A stretch of DNA of 64,000 bases from Eledone cirrhosa (GCA_964016885.1 OZ024753.1:7378001-7442000), one strand, 5' to 3'; numbered from the stretch's first letter, positions 27,108-45,586 are shown. The notes: generated by a model not told the origin, from the letters alone. Program-made: numbers and translations.

Positions 27108-28466
27108 CATATATATACATACTTACATATATATACATACATACATAGGTACATATATATATGTCACTGTGTATGTGAGTGTGTCTTTTTCTCTGATGTC
27201 CTTGTATAAATTTCATACTTAAATATTTGGCGATGTTTATAGAATATTTTTGTATTTTTATAGATTATTTATTAATTTCATCAAATTTTATTGATTAACT
27301 ATATAATTAAAAACACAACTATTTACATTGATATTAGGTAAATATACGCAAATGCAATGTTCCTTTGATCTTTCGCTTCCTTTCATTATGCCGTATTTTA
27401 GCTGTATGTGCCGGCGTATGATTGTCGTTGTTGCTGTTGTCTTCATGTAATTGTTGTTGTTGTTGTTGTTGTTACATGATTTAGTTTATTTTCTATAATA
27501 ATGACGGGTTATTAGTCGTCCATCAAAATCTACTTAAGTATGCGTGTGTTGTAGAGTGCGTGTTGTGTGTGAGTGTGTGTAGTGTGTATGCGTTGTGTGC
27601 TGTGTTGTAAGTTGTGTGTGTGTGAGCGTGTGTTGTGTGTGTTGTGTGTGTGTGTGAGCGTTGTGTATTGTAGTTGTGAGCGTGCGGTGTATGTGTGTGA
27701 GCGTGTGTTGTGTTTTGTGTTGTGTGAGCGTGTGTGTTGAGTGTGTGAGAGAGTGTTGTGTTTTGTGTTGTGTGAGCGTGTGTGTTGAGTGTATGAGAGA
27801 GTGTTGTGTTTTGTGTTGTGCCAGCGTGTGTGTGTTGTGTGTGTGAGAGAGTGTTGTGTGAACGTGTGTTGTGTGAGCGTGTGTGTGTTGGTATGTGTGA
27901 GAGTGTATTCTGTGTGTGAGAGTGTGTTATGTGTGTGAGAGTGTTGTGTGTGTGTTGTGTGTTTTGTGTTGTGTGAGCGAGTGTTGTGTGTGTGTGAGAG
28001 TGTGTTGTGTGTGTTGTGTGAGCGTGTGGTGTGTGTGAGAGAACGTGTGTTATGTGCGAGCGTGTGGGTTGCGTGTGAGCGTGTGTTGTGCGTGTGAGCG
28101 TATGTTGTGTGTGTGAGCGTGTGTTATGTGTGTGAGCGTGTGTGTAAGTTTGTTGTGAGTGTGTAAGTGTGTTGTGTGTGTGAGTGTGTATGCGTGAAAG
28201 CGTGTGTGAATGTGTGAAAACGTATATGTGTGTGTGTGTGTGTATGTATGTGTGTACACATACATGAAGATAAACATGTGTGTGTGTATACATACACGAA
28301 GATAAACATATATATATGTGTGTGTGTATGTGTATGTGTGTGTGTGATAGAGAGAAACAAGGAAAGAAAGGAATGAAATGTGTAATTAACTATCTTCCAG
28401 AAAAACGATTATTATTGTTTGATATAGATGTGATATTGTTGTTACTGTTGTTGTTGTTGCTGTTAC

Positions 28467-28503
<37 letters not shown>

Positions 28504-28730
28504 ACTGTTGTTGTTGTTTTTGTTACTGTTGTTGTTGTTGTTGTCATTACAGTTGTTGTTGTTGTTACTGTTGTTGTTGTTGTTACTGTTGGTGTTGTTG
28601 TTGTTGTTACTGTTATTGCTGCTGCTGCTGCTGTTGTTGTTGTTGCTATTATTATTATTGTTTTTGTTGGTTATTATTGTTGTTGTTGCTGTTATTATTG
28701 TTGTTGTTGCTGTTGTTGTTGTTGTTTGAG
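26260..28730. repeat. Long degenerate (TA)n (26260-27160), (GT)n (27540-28340) and (TTG)n (28435-28725) tracts
   Basis: Direct reading. Confidence 0.95.
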
Positions 28731-28807
28731 TCTAATGGAATTGAGATGCAAATGAACCGTCGAATGTCATCACAGTAGGTGTGGGGATGTCTGTGTTTAT
28801 GTAAATG

Positions 28808-28948
28808 TGGCTGGCTTAGTGGTAAGCTGGTTCAGTTTATTAACGTAAGGTATTGAGTTCGATTCACGAACTCAATACCTTGCGTTGTTTCCTTGAGCAA
28901 GACACTTTACTTCATGTTACTCCGCTCTACTCATCTGCCAAAAAATAA
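28808..28948 (+). mobile_element. tRNA-derived SINE family S2 (CORE-like body), 5' part
   Basis: tggcttagtggtaag A-box, gagttcgattc B-box, ccttgagcaagacacttta. Confidence 0.75.
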
Positions 28949-29054
28949 GCTGTAATTAATGGAGTCAGACTTCCCACAAAGTGTCTTTGTCGGGTTTGAA
29001 ACCTCGCGTGTGTCTCGCGGGACACGAGACTCCATATAAATCAAATATTACTCA

Positions 29055-29577
29055 TAGTGTCCAACTACTAGTATAGGGATCAGTAATCGATGACCACCTT
29101 TCATCACGAATGACCATGTGATTTTCCCCTAGAAAATTCCCTCTGAGGCACACAAGTCCGGGCAAGGTTGTTTGTGGAAAACCAGCAGTCGCCCATGCAT
29201 ACCAGTCTCCCCTCACCATGCCACTGATATTGTCCAAGGGAAAGGCTATGGCCGATACAGCTTGGCACCAGAGATGTCACAACATATATATATTCATTAT
29301 AGACTACATATGCACTCTATACAATATATACACCCTATATATGATACACTCTATACTTTATATATACACTATATATTATGTTGTCCAAGGGAAAGGCAAT
29401 GGCCGATACAGCTTGGCACCAGTGACGTTGCAACTCATTTCTACAGCTGAGTAAATTGTAGCAACGTGAAATAAAGTGTCTTGCTCAAGGACACAACGCA
29501 TCACTCGGTCCGAGAATCGAACTCACAACCTTTCGATTGCAAGCCTAATGCTCTAGCAACTAGCCATGCGCCTTCAG
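29055..29577 (-). mobile_element. SINE family S2, near full length, with internal duplication and AT-rich insert
   Basis: tRNA head at 29500-29577; tgtccaagggaaaggc..tggccgatacagcttggcaccag duplicated near 29231 and 29382; homolog at 52955-53183. Confidence 0.75.
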
Positions 29578-29618
29578 GGATCAGTACTGTGGTGATTATA
29601 TTATGTAATATATATATA

Positions 29619-29706
<88 letters not shown>

Positions 29707-30160
29707 GTATGTGTGTCTGTGTGTGTGTGTGATATATATATATATACACAATGCATGCACACACACACACATACAAATATATATATATAGTTAGGGAAGC
29801 AGAACATTGCTTATTGTGACCCAGTTCTTGGTTAAGAAAGCCAGTTTCATGGATGGTTTCAACGTACGGTTAGGGGTAACTCCACAGGTTTGTAAGAATT
29901 CCGTTCAATTTTGGAGTATAAAGTATAAAAGAGAAAACACAGGTAAGCATTAAGAGAAGGATTTTATCCAGGTATTTACGACCGTTTCATTGGTAAGTGC
30001 AACCTTATATTGCTATACTGCTGATCGTAAAGGGACGTAACTCTATACTGGAAAGCATGGCGTCCGAACCTCTACCGATACTGCCAAAAAATAATGCAAT
30101 AGTTTTAAACAGTTTTCTGCTTGAACATTGAACGTTTTGCACTTTTTATAACATTTTTTA

Positions 30161-30884
30161 TCTATATATATAAAACTGAGGATGACTGTCTGTGTGTGAG
30201 TTTGAATCCCTAAAACTCGAGAACCACCCATCCGACTGTTTTCAAACTTTACACATGTAATATTTATGTCTGAGGGAGTGTTCTGAGCAAAAAAAAATGT
30301 CAATGCCCTAGGGATTGCATTAGGCTATTTAGTGATCCCCCTCTATAATTCTTAGTCTTTCTCGTTTTAGATAGATACATATATATAGCGTCGGGCCCTT
30401 ATAATATCTGTCTGTATGTCTGGCTGTCTGCATTACGTCACTTCCCTGAGGATGTGTGTGTGTGTATGTGTGTGTCTCTGAGTTTGAATCCTTAAAACTC
30501 CAGAAGTACCTAACTGATTTTTTTCAAACTTTACATGCTCATAAAAAAATTCAACATTTCGATCTCCCGCATTAGGTGAAAAACTGCATTTTAAAAGCTT
30601 TTTAGGGCTTTTTGGGGGCGTTACGTCTAGCCGATTTTCCCAAAATTTCAAAGCATATTATGCACATTAAAAAAATTTATTTTCTTGATCCTCTAGCGCC
30701 CGTCTTAGGTGAAAACCTGCATTTTTCCTGCTTCATCGAGGACAATCTTAAAGATTATCCAGCCATTATTCGCTTTATTTTCTTTACATATTGTCCAGGA
30801 ATGCAGTTTTTTCCACGATTAGGTCTGTTGGCGGCCCGCGTTCCAAAATACCTTATTCCGTGCAACGCCGGGTACCACTGCTAG
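30161..30884 (+). mobile_element. Non-autonomous Helitron
   Basis: 5' A|TCtatatatataaaa; 3' hairpin ccgtgcaacgccgg then CTAG|T; no TSD; internal direct repeat near 30177 and 30446. Confidence 0.85.
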
Positions 30885-31180
30885 TAACATATAAAGCGCC
30901 CCATTATCTCAAATAGCTTAGGGCCTCATCAAATCTAAATCCGACCCTGAAGATGATGATGGTAGTGGTGATGTTGAAGATGATGATGATGATAATGACG
31001 ATGAAGATGATAATTATAACATTGATGATAATGATGCTGATAATGATGATGGTAGTGATGATGAGGCTGGTGGCAACACTTCCGGTTGTAGTAACAACAA
31101 CAACAACAACAACAACAACAACGCGAGAGAAAGAGTGGCGACGGTGAGAGTGATTAGGTTGTAAGGGATTATAATGATAA

Positions 31181-31563
31181 AGTTTCTACATTTGGCACAA
31201 GGCCAGCAATTACCCCAGTGTATTACTGGTACTTTATTTTATCGACTACCGTCAGGATGAAGGCAAAGTTAGCCTCGGCGGGGATTTGAACTCAGAATGG
31301 CAAGGGCCGTAACTCTATGCGTCAAAACATGGCGTCCGACACTCTACCGATACTGCCAATCCACCGCCCTAATGTTTCTACATTTGGCACAAGGCCAGCA
31401 ATTACCCCCAGTGTATTACTGGTACTTTATTTTATCGACCCCCGTAAGGATGGAAGGCAAAGTGAACCTCGGCGGGGATTTGAACTCACATCATAAAGGG
31501 CCGTAACGCTATGCTGCAAAGCATGACGTCCGATCTTCTACTGATACTGCCAATCCCTCGCCC
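31181..31563 (-). mobile_element. Head-to-tail S1 SINE dimer with one 16-bp TSD
   Basis: TSD gggattataatgataa at 31165-31180 and 31564-31579. Confidence 0.9.
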
Positions 31564-31839
31564 GGGATTATAATGATAATGTTGACGAGGATCCATCAAT
31601 GGGGTTATTGTTATGTTTGTAGTATGGATGGGGGGAGGGGGGTAATTAATGATATCAGGGGGGGGGGGGACAATAAGACTGCTGCTGATGATACTGCTGC
31701 TGCTACTGCTGCTGCAGTTATTGATTCTCACAATGATGATGATGATGATGTTGTTAATGATGATGAGGAGGATAGGGGGGTGGAGGGAGGCGGAAGGGGA
31801 AGAGGGAGGAAGTGAAGAAGGAGGACGACGACCATCATC

Positions 31840-32144
31840 ACGATGATGATGATGGTGGTGGTGTTGATGAATGATGATGATGATGATGATGAAGTTGATG
31901 ATGAAGGCGATGATGATTATGATGATGATGATTATGGTGATTATGGTGATGATGGTGATGGTGTTGATGATGATGATGATGGTGATGATTATGGTGATGA
32001 TGGTGATGGTGTTGATGATGATGATGGTGATGTCGATGGTGATGGTGATGGTGATGGTGATGATGATGATGATGATGATGATGGTGGTGATGGTGATGGT
32101 GTTGATGATGATGATGAAGATGATGGTGGTGATGGTGATGGTGT

Positions 32145-32180
<36 letters not shown>
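31840..32180. repeat. (GAT/GGT)n trinucleotide tract
   Basis: Direct reading. Confidence 0.95.
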
Positions 32181-32181
<1 letters not shown>

Positions 32182-32454
32182 AAAGTAGGACAGGGATGAT
32201 ATGATAAACGAGGGATTGAAGAACTGTAATGTGACTATCGTAGGAGGTGGGTATGGGACTGGACATAGATAGAGAGATAGATAGAGAGAGAGAGAGGGAG
32301 AGAGAGAGAGTGAGAGAGAGAGAGGGAGAGAGAGAGAGAGAGATGGGGGGACTGGATAGGGGGAGGGAGAGGGGCTAGACAGTGGGGAGGAATTTAGATA
32401 ACGGATATTGTAAGATGATTAAAAACGAAATACACCTGCTGTCCTTCTATAAGT

Positions 32455-35766
<3,312 letters not shown>

Positions 35767-35955
35767 GTTGTTGTCCCAATCCGTAAAAGTACACGCTACA
35801 TGCTCTTGTTGAAAATATTTGATTTTTATCTTTATCAGGTGTTGAGTACAGTCAATCACAGTATTGATCTCATAAAGTACTTTTGTCCGTGTGTCTACAG
35901 TTATACACATTCAAAAGTATGTTGTATGTGTATATCTGTATGTGTGCAGGTAGAT

Positions 35956-36033
<78 letters not shown>

Positions 36034-36174
36034 TTCTTTATTAGCCACAGGGGCACAAAAGAAGGGGACAAGTACAAAGGGGGAAGTTTTCATACAATAA
36101 AAACGTGTAAAATGTTATCACAAATGGAATTTAAAAAGTTAGTCGATTTTCCCCAATAGAGGGAGACAGTTTAT

Positions 36175-36242
<68 letters not shown>

Positions 36243-36299
36243 ATAAGAGACAGAGAGACGGAAAAATAAATATATCGATAGAGATAGGTGCGTATACAC

Positions 36300-37240
36300 A
36301 TGCATACATATATAAAGGCATGCATGTATAAATAAATACATACACGCATGCATATATACTTCCGTACGTACGTACGAATGCATGTACAAATAAATACATA
36401 CACGCATGCATATATACTTCTGTACGTACGAATGCATGTATAAATAAATACATACACGCATGCATATATACTTATGTACGTACGCATGCATGTATAAATA
36501 AATACATACACGCATGCATATATACTTCTATACGTACGTACGCATGCATGTATAAATAAATACATACACGCATGCATATATACTTCTGTACGTACGTACG
36601 AATGCATGTACAAATAAATACATACACGCATGCATATATACTTCTGTACGTACGAATGCATGTATAAATAAATACATACACGTATGCATATATACTTCTG
36701 TACGTACGAATGCATGTATAAATAAATACATACACGCATGCATATATACTTCTGTACGTACGAATGCATGTATAAATAAATACATACACGCATGCATATA
36801 TACTTCTGTACGTACGAATGCATGTATAAATAAATACATACACGCATGCATATATACTTCTGTACGTACGAATGCATGTACAAATAAATACATACACGCA
36901 TGCATATATACTTCTGTACGTACGAATGCATGTATAAATAAATACATACACGCATGCATATATACTTCTGTACGTACGAATGCATGTATAAATAAATACA
37001 TACACGCATGCATATATACTTCTGTACGTACGAATGCATGTATAAATAAATACATACACGCATGCATATATACTTATCTACGTACGTACGCATGCATGTA
37101 TAAATAAATACATACACGAAGGCATATATACTTATGCACGTACAGTACGAATTCATGTATACATAAATACATACACGCATGCATATATACTTATCTACGT
37201 ACGTACGAATGCATGTATAAATAAATACATACACGCATGC
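36300..37240. repeat. 54-bp minisatellite, about 17 copies
   Basis: Unit gcatgtataaataaatacatacacgcatgcatatatacttctgtacgtacgaat. Confidence 0.95.
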
Positions 37241-37366
37241 ATAAGGATGTATATATATACTGTCTTATCTCCGTATTGCTTTATCTCATCAGATAAAATC
37301 GAAACTGAAACTGAACCGATAAGGTCTGTTTTCTTGGGTATTTCAACATTCAGAAAACAAATCTTG

Positions 37367-37427
37367 TATTGTATCTGACGAGCGCGTACCAAAATGTTGG
37401 TATCCTTGAAATATATATAATAAAATA
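37367..37427 (+). ncRNA. Hammerhead motif in an F4 fragment (about 37265-37475)
   Basis: CTGACGA-gcgcgtaccaa/ttggtatcctt-GAAA-tatata-TA-ataaaata; base of stem II is weakened. Confidence 0.6.
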
Positions 37428-37480
37428 AATATGGTTGTATAAATATAGTTTTCATTTATTAATATCATTGATGTATTTAT

Positions 37481-37675
<195 letters not shown>

Positions 37676-37693
37676 TATATATATATAGATATA

Positions 37694-37844
37694 TATTTGA
37701 AAAAAAGGAAAAGAATGACTTCACTTGTAGTTCTAAATAATTTGAAATCAAATTATTTAGAACTACAAGTGAAGTCATTCTTTTCCTTTTTTTTTTAAAT
37801 ATACCTAACTGTTCCAAAGATTTCACACAAATATACCTAACTGT

Positions 37845-37848
<4 letters not shown>
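37694..37848 (+). mobile_element. F8 fold-back element in (TA)n; copies at 38536-38678(+) and 46677-46837(-)
   Basis: Palindrome centred on aatttgaaatcaaatt plus tail cctaactgt.ccaa.gatttcacac. Confidence 0.7.
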
Positions 37849-37935
<87 letters not shown>

Positions 37936-37942
<7 letters not shown>

Positions 37943-38475
37943 AAGTTAAATAAAAGTGAAATGATTAAAATTTAGCTTCGTTTATTACTGCTATATATAT
38001 TTCAGTGACAGCCATCTCTGGCTGTGACCTCTTCAGGCAGTTTGAATTAGTATGGTATAGACAAGTACATATGTTGTTTAGGTGTATGATATTGTCAATA
38101 CTCTGATATGCCCAGTTCCTTGCTGGGTTGTTAATTCACTGGGGAACTGGAGTCATATATGACTCCAGTTCCCCAGTGAATTAACAACCCAGCAAGGAAC
38201 TGGGCATATCAGAGTATTGACAATATCATACACCTAAACAACATATGTACTTGTCTATACCATACTAATTCAAACTGCCTGAAGAGGTCACAGCCAAAGA
38301 TGGCTGTCACTGAAATATATATAGCAGTAATAAACGAAGCTAAATTTTAAACATTTGACTTTTTATATTACTTTATTTTACACTACTCCGGAGTAACCAA
38401 ACCAACCTGCGCACTTCGTCGAGTGCTCCAGCCTGCATACTGAGGTGTTGGTATACAACCAACATAAACTCAAAA

Positions 38476-38477
<2 letters not shown>
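37936..38477 (+). mobile_element. F7 fold-back element (about 220-bp arms plus 95-bp tail); hammerheads at 37987-38041(-) and 38274-38328(+)
   Basis: actgc-CTGAAGA-ggtcacagcca/tggctgtcact-GAAA-tatata-TA-gcagt; centre gagtcatatatgactc. Confidence 0.85.
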
Positions 38478-38541
<64 letters not shown>

Positions 38542-38674
38542 AAAAAAAGGAAAAGAATGACTTCACTTGTAGTTCTAAATAATTTGAAATCAAATTATTT
38601 TGAACTACAAGTGAAGTCATTCTTTTCCTTTTTTTTTCGAATATACCTAACTGTACCAAGGATTTCACACATGT

Positions 38675-38713
<39 letters not shown>

Positions 38714-38768
38714 GAAAAGTTAGGACCCGACGGCTGAGGCTCTTGTTGTTTCGACTGTAAATTCCATA

Positions 38769-38926
38769 CAGGGGTAAAATTCCGATATAATGAATACCAT
38801 TATAACGAAATTTTTTTCAATCCCTGGCCACATGCTCAATGTGTTAGGTCGATCTCGTTATAAGAATTTTTCATAACAACCAATGTTTTTATGCCCCGTG
38901 ACTTTCGTTATAACGGAATTTCACCG
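38769..38926. mobile_element. pogo/Tigger-like MITE with TA TSD
   Basis: TIRs ggtaaaattccgatataatgaa and ttcgttataacggaatttcaccg. Confidence 0.7.
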
Positions 38927-39185
38927 TAAATGCATATAAGAGACATACATTGAATGCGTTTATACAAATGAAAGTATGTATGTATAATATTATGTTTGTT
39001 GCTAAAATGAAAACACCAAAGAATATTAACGAATGTAGAAGTGAAATAAACATATCTGGAGAGAGAGAGAGAGGGGAGGGAGAGAGAAATTAAGACAAGG
39101 AGAATTATGTGGAGGGAGTATTAAAGAGAAAGAATTATAGAGTGACGTATGAAGTAAGGGATATATTTATATATATTGTAATAAT

Positions 39186-39370
39186 TGTTTCTACTTTAGG
39201 CACAAGGCCAGCAATTACCCAGTGCATTACTGGTACTTTATTTTATCGACCCCGTAAGGATGAAAGGCAAAGTCAACCTCGGCCGGATTTGAACTCAGAT
39301 CGTAAAGGGACGTAACTATGCTTGAAAGCATGGCGTCCGACCCTCTACCGATACTCCCAATCCACCGCCC
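39186..39370 (-). mobile_element. S1 SINE, full length
   Basis: A and B boxes; imperfect TSD tttatatata(tt)gtaataat. Confidence 0.9.
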
Positions 39371-39386
39371 TTTATATATAGTAATA

Positions 39387-39457
<71 letters not shown>

Positions 39458-40333
39458 TGACATGTGAAGAAAGGGAGATATGTGGAGTGAGAGAGAGAGA
39501 GAGAGAGAAAGAGAGGGTGAGGAAGGGAGAGAGAGGGAGACGGAAAATGGGTCTGTTTTCTCCATTTATTGATATTTTTCAATCATAATTTATATTCCTC
39601 GTTTAGATTCAAGTGCAAAATGAATTGGCTCCCCCTCCCTATATTTTGTTTTTTTCAGACGGAATGTCTCTAATAGTGTCCATAAACATGCTTACACTCC
39701 TAGCAAGAAATACCATCAAATACCATTATTCTCTCGTTTATTTCATTCGGTTTGATTTCTCTCGTCTTGTTATATTTTTCCTTCAGTTACTGATTTCTTT
39801 ATTTTATTTTATTGAAATATTTCGTTTATTATATCTTGCCATTTCTTTTCAGTGATTTACTAACAAGAAAATTATTATTTTTATTTTCATACTTGTTTGA
39901 TCATGTGAACGCAAGTATTCAACAAAGCTCCCTGCTTAGGAGGTGATTTTTTTTTGTTTTGTTTTTTTTTGTTTTTATCCTAGGACCACCGAATGGGAAC
40001 AAACAAACAAAATATAAGCCGTTTTGCTTCTTTTTCCCGACAAAAGGCGTTCGAATTATTAAAACAACCATCCTACTTTTTGCGGTGGAGGAAGGCTTCG
40101 GCTGTCATTGCTATTGACTCTTCCTGTTTGAAATAGGCACGTCTTTGGTAACGGAAGGTGATGTTAAGTACAATATTGGTACCAGTTTCAATATGGAATA
40201 AGTCAAACGAATGATTTTGCTAACAACAAGACAAATTTTACAAAACGGTGAAGCAGGCAGGTGTCAAACACGACCAATTATAGCCAGAATATGAAAACCC
40301 AGGAAATAAACAAGGTGAAAATCTCAACATAAA

Positions 40334-40603
40334 TAATCTGAGCTTTTCGAATATTAATAATTGTTTCTACTTTAGGCACAAGGCCAGCAATTACCCAGTT
40401 CATTACTGGTACTTTATTGTATCGACCCCGTAAGGATGAAAGGCAAAGTCAACCTCGGCGGGATTTTCGAATATTAATAATAACATTCGATTCGTTTGCA
40501 ATTTTGCAAACAAGCCACAATTTTATAGCCATGTTTTTCTTGCTCTTGTGTTGCAAAATTGCAAACGAATCGAATGTTAGTAATATTCGAAAAACTCAGA
40601 TTA
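40334..40603. mobile_element. Small inverted-repeat element interrupted by a 5'-truncated S1 SINE (40362-40463, minus, 18-bp TSD)
   Basis: taatctgag...ctcagatta ends; TSD ttttcgaatattaataat at 40344 and 40464. Confidence 0.75.
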
Positions 40604-40724
40604 CACATATATATATATATATACAGTACAGCGGGAACTTGAACTGTATAAAAATGTACACATTGTATATCATGGATCGATTAAATTCCGTTATATATAG
40701 CTAATAGTTTCGGCTAGTTCCCTA

Positions 40725-40756
<32 letters not shown>

Positions 40757-40764
40757 GCACACAG

Positions 40765-40800
<36 letters not shown>

Positions 40801-40801
40801 G

Positions 40802-40883
<82 letters not shown>

Positions 40884-41005
40884 TTCTTATTTTATGACAA
40901 ATGGCAGTCCCTTTGAAACGTAGCAAGATGTCAGTGATTGATAGTCTATAAACGAAACCTTAACTACGTAGAATTGGAATTTGGTGAAAATCGTCAAAAC
41001 ATAGA

Positions 41006-41092
41006 TCTCGAATATAAGTCGACCCCCTTCGACCAACGATTTTTTTTTTTTTTTTTGTCATATATTCCTCGACTTATATTCGAGTATATACG
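41006..41092. mobile_element. Tc1/pogo-like MITE remnant
   Basis: ctcgaatataagtcga / tcgacttatattcgagtatatacg. Confidence 0.6.
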
Positions 41093-41378
41093 ATAATACT
41101 TTATCTTGTTTCGTCTGATATATTTCAATTCTTCAAATTTATGGAATACTGATTCCTCACTCTCTTGACCAAAATCCTGCAATACGTAAATTAAATATGG
41201 GAGCATAGGTTAATTTCAAAAATAAAAATTAATGTTTGGAACACAGTAAGAGATGTACATACAAGCAAACAAGTGTAAGTCTGTTGCGCAGTGATTGTAA
41301 CGTGAATAACTTCTAATATTTCACTATACCTATCATACAAATTGTAACACGAAGCAGTTATATCTAGAAGAAACTTTT

Positions 41379-41484
<106 letters not shown>

Positions 41485-41834
41485 CTTTTTAAAGAAACAT
41501 TTGGTAAAAAAAGAAAATTTTCAAAAAGCCAGATATGTTGAAATTTCTGTGATCTTTTCGTCTTTGAAACCGAATTTTTACACCGAAAAAAGAAAGAAAA
41601 AAAGAAACAGCTCCATTAAAATTGAATCGCTGCATGAATACACAAACGTACACATAGAATCACACACACACACACACACACTTTGTCTCTCTCTCTCTCT
41701 CTCTCTCTAACGCTGTCTCTTAAGTTTTCTTTCTCTTAGCCCTTTTTTCACTGTCGTCTTTATTCCTTTTATTGGTGTATATATTCATATGTATGAATAT
41801 ATACACTCACCCTCTGAAGGAAACCTGCACAGTG

Positions 41835-42365
41835 CACTCTACATGTAAATGGAGTGCCACTGAAGCAGGTGGGGGAATTTCAAGTATCTCGGGGCCGTAT
41901 TCACAAAACAAGGAAGGTAGTAAGCTGAAATAAGTGCAAGTATGTCAGGAACGCCATCTTCAGCGTTCAGTAATCAAAAGCGGAGAAAAACCTAATAAGG
42001 TATCTACAATTCGGTTTATGGTCATAAATCTTGGGTAACGACCGAAAGAATACGATCGTGAATACAAGCGGCAGTAATGGGTTCCTCTGAAGGGTTTTTG
42101 GAGCAACGTTACACGATAGAGGGCGCACTTGGCAGATCAGAAAGTTGATCTAGGTAGAGACGCTACCTCTCAGAATTGAGAGATCACAGTTCAGATGTTA
42201 TGGGTTTATGGTTAGAATATCTCAGGAAAGAATTTCTTGACAGATCATACGAGCAAACCCAGCCGGGCAGGAAACTCGGGGGTAGCCACCGGACAAGATG
42301 GTTGGATAACATCCAGGAGCTCCGCTGGTCTCGCTTGGGGACCCAGGCGTCACGATTGGAGACGG
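41835..42365 (+). mobile_element. Degenerate RTE-clade LINE 3' fragment
   Basis: LHVNGVPLKQV../[47 protein letters not shown]. Confidence 0.85.
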
Positions 42366-42414
42366 TTGCTTCTCACACATACACACCCACACACACACAT
42401 ACATATATATATAA

Positions 42415-42463
<49 letters not shown>

Positions 42464-42474
42464 CACGCACACAC

Positions 42475-42505
<31 letters not shown>

Positions 42506-42559
42506 TATATATATACATACACACACACACATATATATATATGTATATACATTATATAT

Positions 42560-42696
42560 AACGAAGGAGGTGTGGTAGGGAACCAGATGGACCATAACGC
42601 ACCAGAGTACTCAATACTTATGGTAGTAGAGTGGGTAATAGGAACAAGTATAACCCCGACGGCAGAGCTCAAGCCGTTACGACGGCTATTTCTCGA
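42560..42696 (-). mobile_element. F2 element, unfolded copy
   Basis: Homology to 2298-2430. Confidence 0.75.
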
Positions 42697-42736
42697 CTAT
42701 ATATTCTCCTATTACATTATATATATATATATATAT

Positions 42737-43486
<750 letters not shown>

Positions 43487-43510
43487 ATCTATATATATAT
43501 ATATATATAT

Positions 43511-43562
<52 letters not shown>

Positions 43563-43916
43563 AATACACACACACACACACACAGAGAGGCATACAGAGA
43601 GAGAGGGGGGAGAGATTTAAGTTAGAAGAACGATATATCAGACATAATGATAAAAATAAAAATAAAAAATCCATACTAAATCCGGTGCAAAATGTTATTG
43701 CAGTTCAATAATTAATTAATCATACCGATCAGTAATTTTTGGTGTTTTTATTATTTTTAATATTCAACGGAAAATCTGTCATCAGCAGAAAAAAAACTTC
43801 TTTTTATTAATGAATAACATTGTGTATTTAATTTTTCGTTACACCGGTCGTTTATATATATATATATATATATATAAATTCCCTCTCCCTCAATCTCTCT
43901 CTCTCTATATATATAT

Positions 43917-45068
43917 AGACGTTAAACCATATATATATATAGACGTTCAACCATATATATATATATAGACGTTCAACCATATATCTATAGAGACGTTCAA
44001 CCATATATATATATATAGACGTTCAACCATATATATATAGACGTTCAACCATATATATATATAGACGTTCAACCATATATATATATATAGACGTTCAACC
44101 ATATATATATATATAGACGTTCAACCATATATATATATATAGACGTTCAACCATATATATATATATAGACGTTCAACCATATATATATATATATAGACGT
44201 TCAACCATATATATATATATAGACGTTCAACCATATATATATATATAGACGTTCAACCATATATATATATATAGACGTTCAACCATATATATATATATAT
44301 AGACGTTCAACCATATATATATATATATAGACGTTCAACCATATATATATATATAGACGTTCAACCATATATATATATAGACGTTCAACCATATATATAT
44401 ATATAGACGTTCAACCATATATATATATATAGACGTTCAACCATATATATATATATATAGACGTTCAACCATATATATATATATAGACGTTCAACCATAT
44501 ATATATATATAGACGTTCAACCATATATATATATAGAGACGTTCAACCATATATATATATATAGACGTTCAACCATATATATATATATAGACGTTCAACC
44601 ATATATATATATATATAGACGTTCAACCATATATATATATATAGACGTTCAACCATATATATATATATATAGACGTTCAACCATATATATATATATAGAC
44701 GTTCAACCATATATATATATATAGACGTTCAACCATATATATATATATAGACGTTCAACCATATATATATATAGACGTTCAACCATATATATATATAGAC
44801 GTTCAACCATATATATATATATAGACGTTCAACCATATATATATATATAGACGTTCAACCATATATATATATATAGACGTTCAACCATATATATATATAT
44901 AGACGTTCAACCATATATATATATATATAGACGTTCAACCATATATATATATATAGACGTTCAACCATATATATATATATAGACGTTCAACCATATATAT
45001 ATATATAGACGTTCAACCATATATATATATATAGACGTTCAACCAATATATATATAGACGTTCAACCA
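43917..45068. repeat. Minisatellite [GACGTTCAACC(AT)n], about 45 copies
   Basis: Last unit runs directly into the F1 element (agacgttcaaccatctggcagg). Confidence 0.95.
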
Positions 45069-45394
45069 TCTGGCAGGAAGGTATACGATGTTGACGGTAG
45101 CTAATAAGCTTGAAACTAGTACATCGTTCCTGTGTCAGTGTTGAACAAAAAGGTGACGTGGTTGCCTAAACACTGTACGGCGTAATTCGGGCTGTTTGTT
45201 TGTTTACAAATAAACCGAGCATTATAATAAATGTTCGGTAAACCGATACGTGCATATATATATGTGTGCATGTATGTATATATATACATACTATGTACGT
45301 CTGTATACTTATATGTATGTACGTATACATACGTACATACTTACATTTAAGTAAGTGCCGTACTAAGAAATGAAATTTCGTTTCATTCTATTCC

Positions 45395-45397
<3 letters not shown>
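45056..45397 (+). mobile_element. F1 element, 5'-truncated, hammerhead core degenerate (TTGACGG)
   Basis: Collinear with 6776-7030 and 6600-6678. Confidence 0.8.
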
Positions 45398-45472
<75 letters not shown>

Positions 45473-45586
45473 ACAAACGTGCTGCGTGGTTACAAATGGG
45501 TTACATATGAATAAAGTTAGTCCTTCATCAGTGATCTTCCAACCTTCAATGGTATTTCATCGCTTTAAAGACCATATATATTTATA

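Noticed and set aside
30893-30948. Single DNA-transposon-like end (cagggtcggatttag on the minus strand)
   Set aside because: No matching second end or TSD found
43917-45068. CRISPR-like repeat-spacer array
   Set aside because: Spacers are only (AT)n, the repeat is 11 bp, the context is eukaryotic and no cas genes are present
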